In this document: positions 42,391 to 42,802 of the stretch, piece after piece
Layout of the letters: each line of letters begins with the position of its first letter
Position numbering within the stretch: the first letter of the stretch is position 1
IMG/VR virus record: IMGVR_UViG_3300006851_000002
Location: 1 to 42,802 of that record
From: a virus
Taxonomy: Duplodnaviria > Caudoviricetes
Strand: one strand, 5' to 3'
Length of the DNA: 42,802 nucleotides
Translations under genes and position numbers: made by a program
The notes under the pieces: generated by a model
The model's database searches: none
Seen by the model: the letters and a program-made list of their open reading frames with translations, nothing else
What the model was told of the DNA's origin: nothing

Positions 42391-42802
42391 TGCGCCTTCC
42401 ATCACCAGGAACTGCAGGGAGTTTTTCCGGTTCTTCCCGACCGCAACCAGGTCGATGAAATTGCCTGATTCCAGAAGCCGCTCCGTCCCGTAGTTATCCC
42501 GCTGCTGCCGGTAGTACAGGTTCCCGTCCCGCAGGTACGCGAGGATGATGTCTCGCCACGAGTCCAGCAGCTCCCGCTTCTCGTCCAGAGTGCAGCGGGG
42601 GCTGTGGCTCCCTGCAGGTAGGTAGTCGCTGATGACGAACTGCTGCTGGCCCGTGTCGAACGACCAGTAGGCGATGCCGCCCGCATCTTGGAACGCGACG
42701 AAGGGGGACATGTTGTTGTCGAACGCAAGGCCGACCTGTTCCACGCCGGGGCGGGAGAACAGCACCGTCTCCGGCACGTTCTCCGCCGACAGCAGGAAGT
42801 CC
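42388..42802 (-). CDS. 3' part of the origin-spanning tail-fibre cassette protein (phiKMV gp41-like)
   Basis: GLAFDNNMSPFVAF, PRCTLDEKR, DIILAYLRDGNLYYRQQRDNY motifs; continuous with 290-1. Confidence 0.8.
   Translation of the reverse strand, partial: DFLLSAENVPETVLFSRPGVEQVGLAFDNNMSPFVAFQDAGGIAYWSFDTGQQQFVISDYLPAGSHSPRCTLDEKRELLDSWRDIILAYLRDGNLYYRQQRDNYGTERLLESGNFIDLVAVGKNRKNSLQFLVMEGA
42680..42802. repeat. Terminal direct repeat, right copy
   Basis: Identical to 1-123. Confidence 0.95.

Larger units (their letters stand above)
1..42802. mobile_element. Complete circularly permuted podovirus genome, BPP-1/epsilon15-like virion module with lambdoid-type replication/recombination genes
   Basis: Full set of terminase, portal, capsid, tail tubular, ejection, fibre, lysis and replication genes; no host genes; terminal 123-bp identity. 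Confidence 0.93.

Overview
The window is an apparently complete, circularly permuted GC-rich podovirus genome. Bases 1-123 repeat exactly at 42680-42802, which gives a 42,679-bp circle, and one gene reads through the junction. The architecture is BPP-1/epsilon15-like. A long leftward (- strand) arm runs from an HTH regulator, replication initiator and nin-like accessory genes through a terminator, the lysis cassette (GH108 endolysin, holin, two spanins), terS, rusA-like, terL, portal, scaffold, major capsid, cement, tail tubular A/B, ejection proteins (including a 3781-aa polyvalent protein) and a four-gene phiKMV-like tail-fibre cassette. A short rightward arm carries small early genes, ERF, YqaJ exonuclease, SSB, a tRNA-shaped structured RNA candidate and an Acb2-family anti-CBASS sponge. 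I found no integrase, CI repressor, DNA/RNA polymerase or helicase. Most notable observations: (1) the giant ejection protein looks like a train of effector domains (ParB-like, two or three ADP-ribosyltransferase-like, one unnamed), each ending in a hydrophobic-x-Gln junction and followed by a HExxH zincin, suggesting an injected, processed polyprotein; (2) a tRNA-shaped RNA with a kissing-loop elbow lies directly upstream of acb2; (3) the 11-bp-phased origin iterons recur as a second array at the terS/rusA junction; (4) both tail tubular genes are interrupted, one by an amber codon at a probable Trp and one by a 5-bp duplication. All family assignments come from motif recognition by eye; no database search was run.
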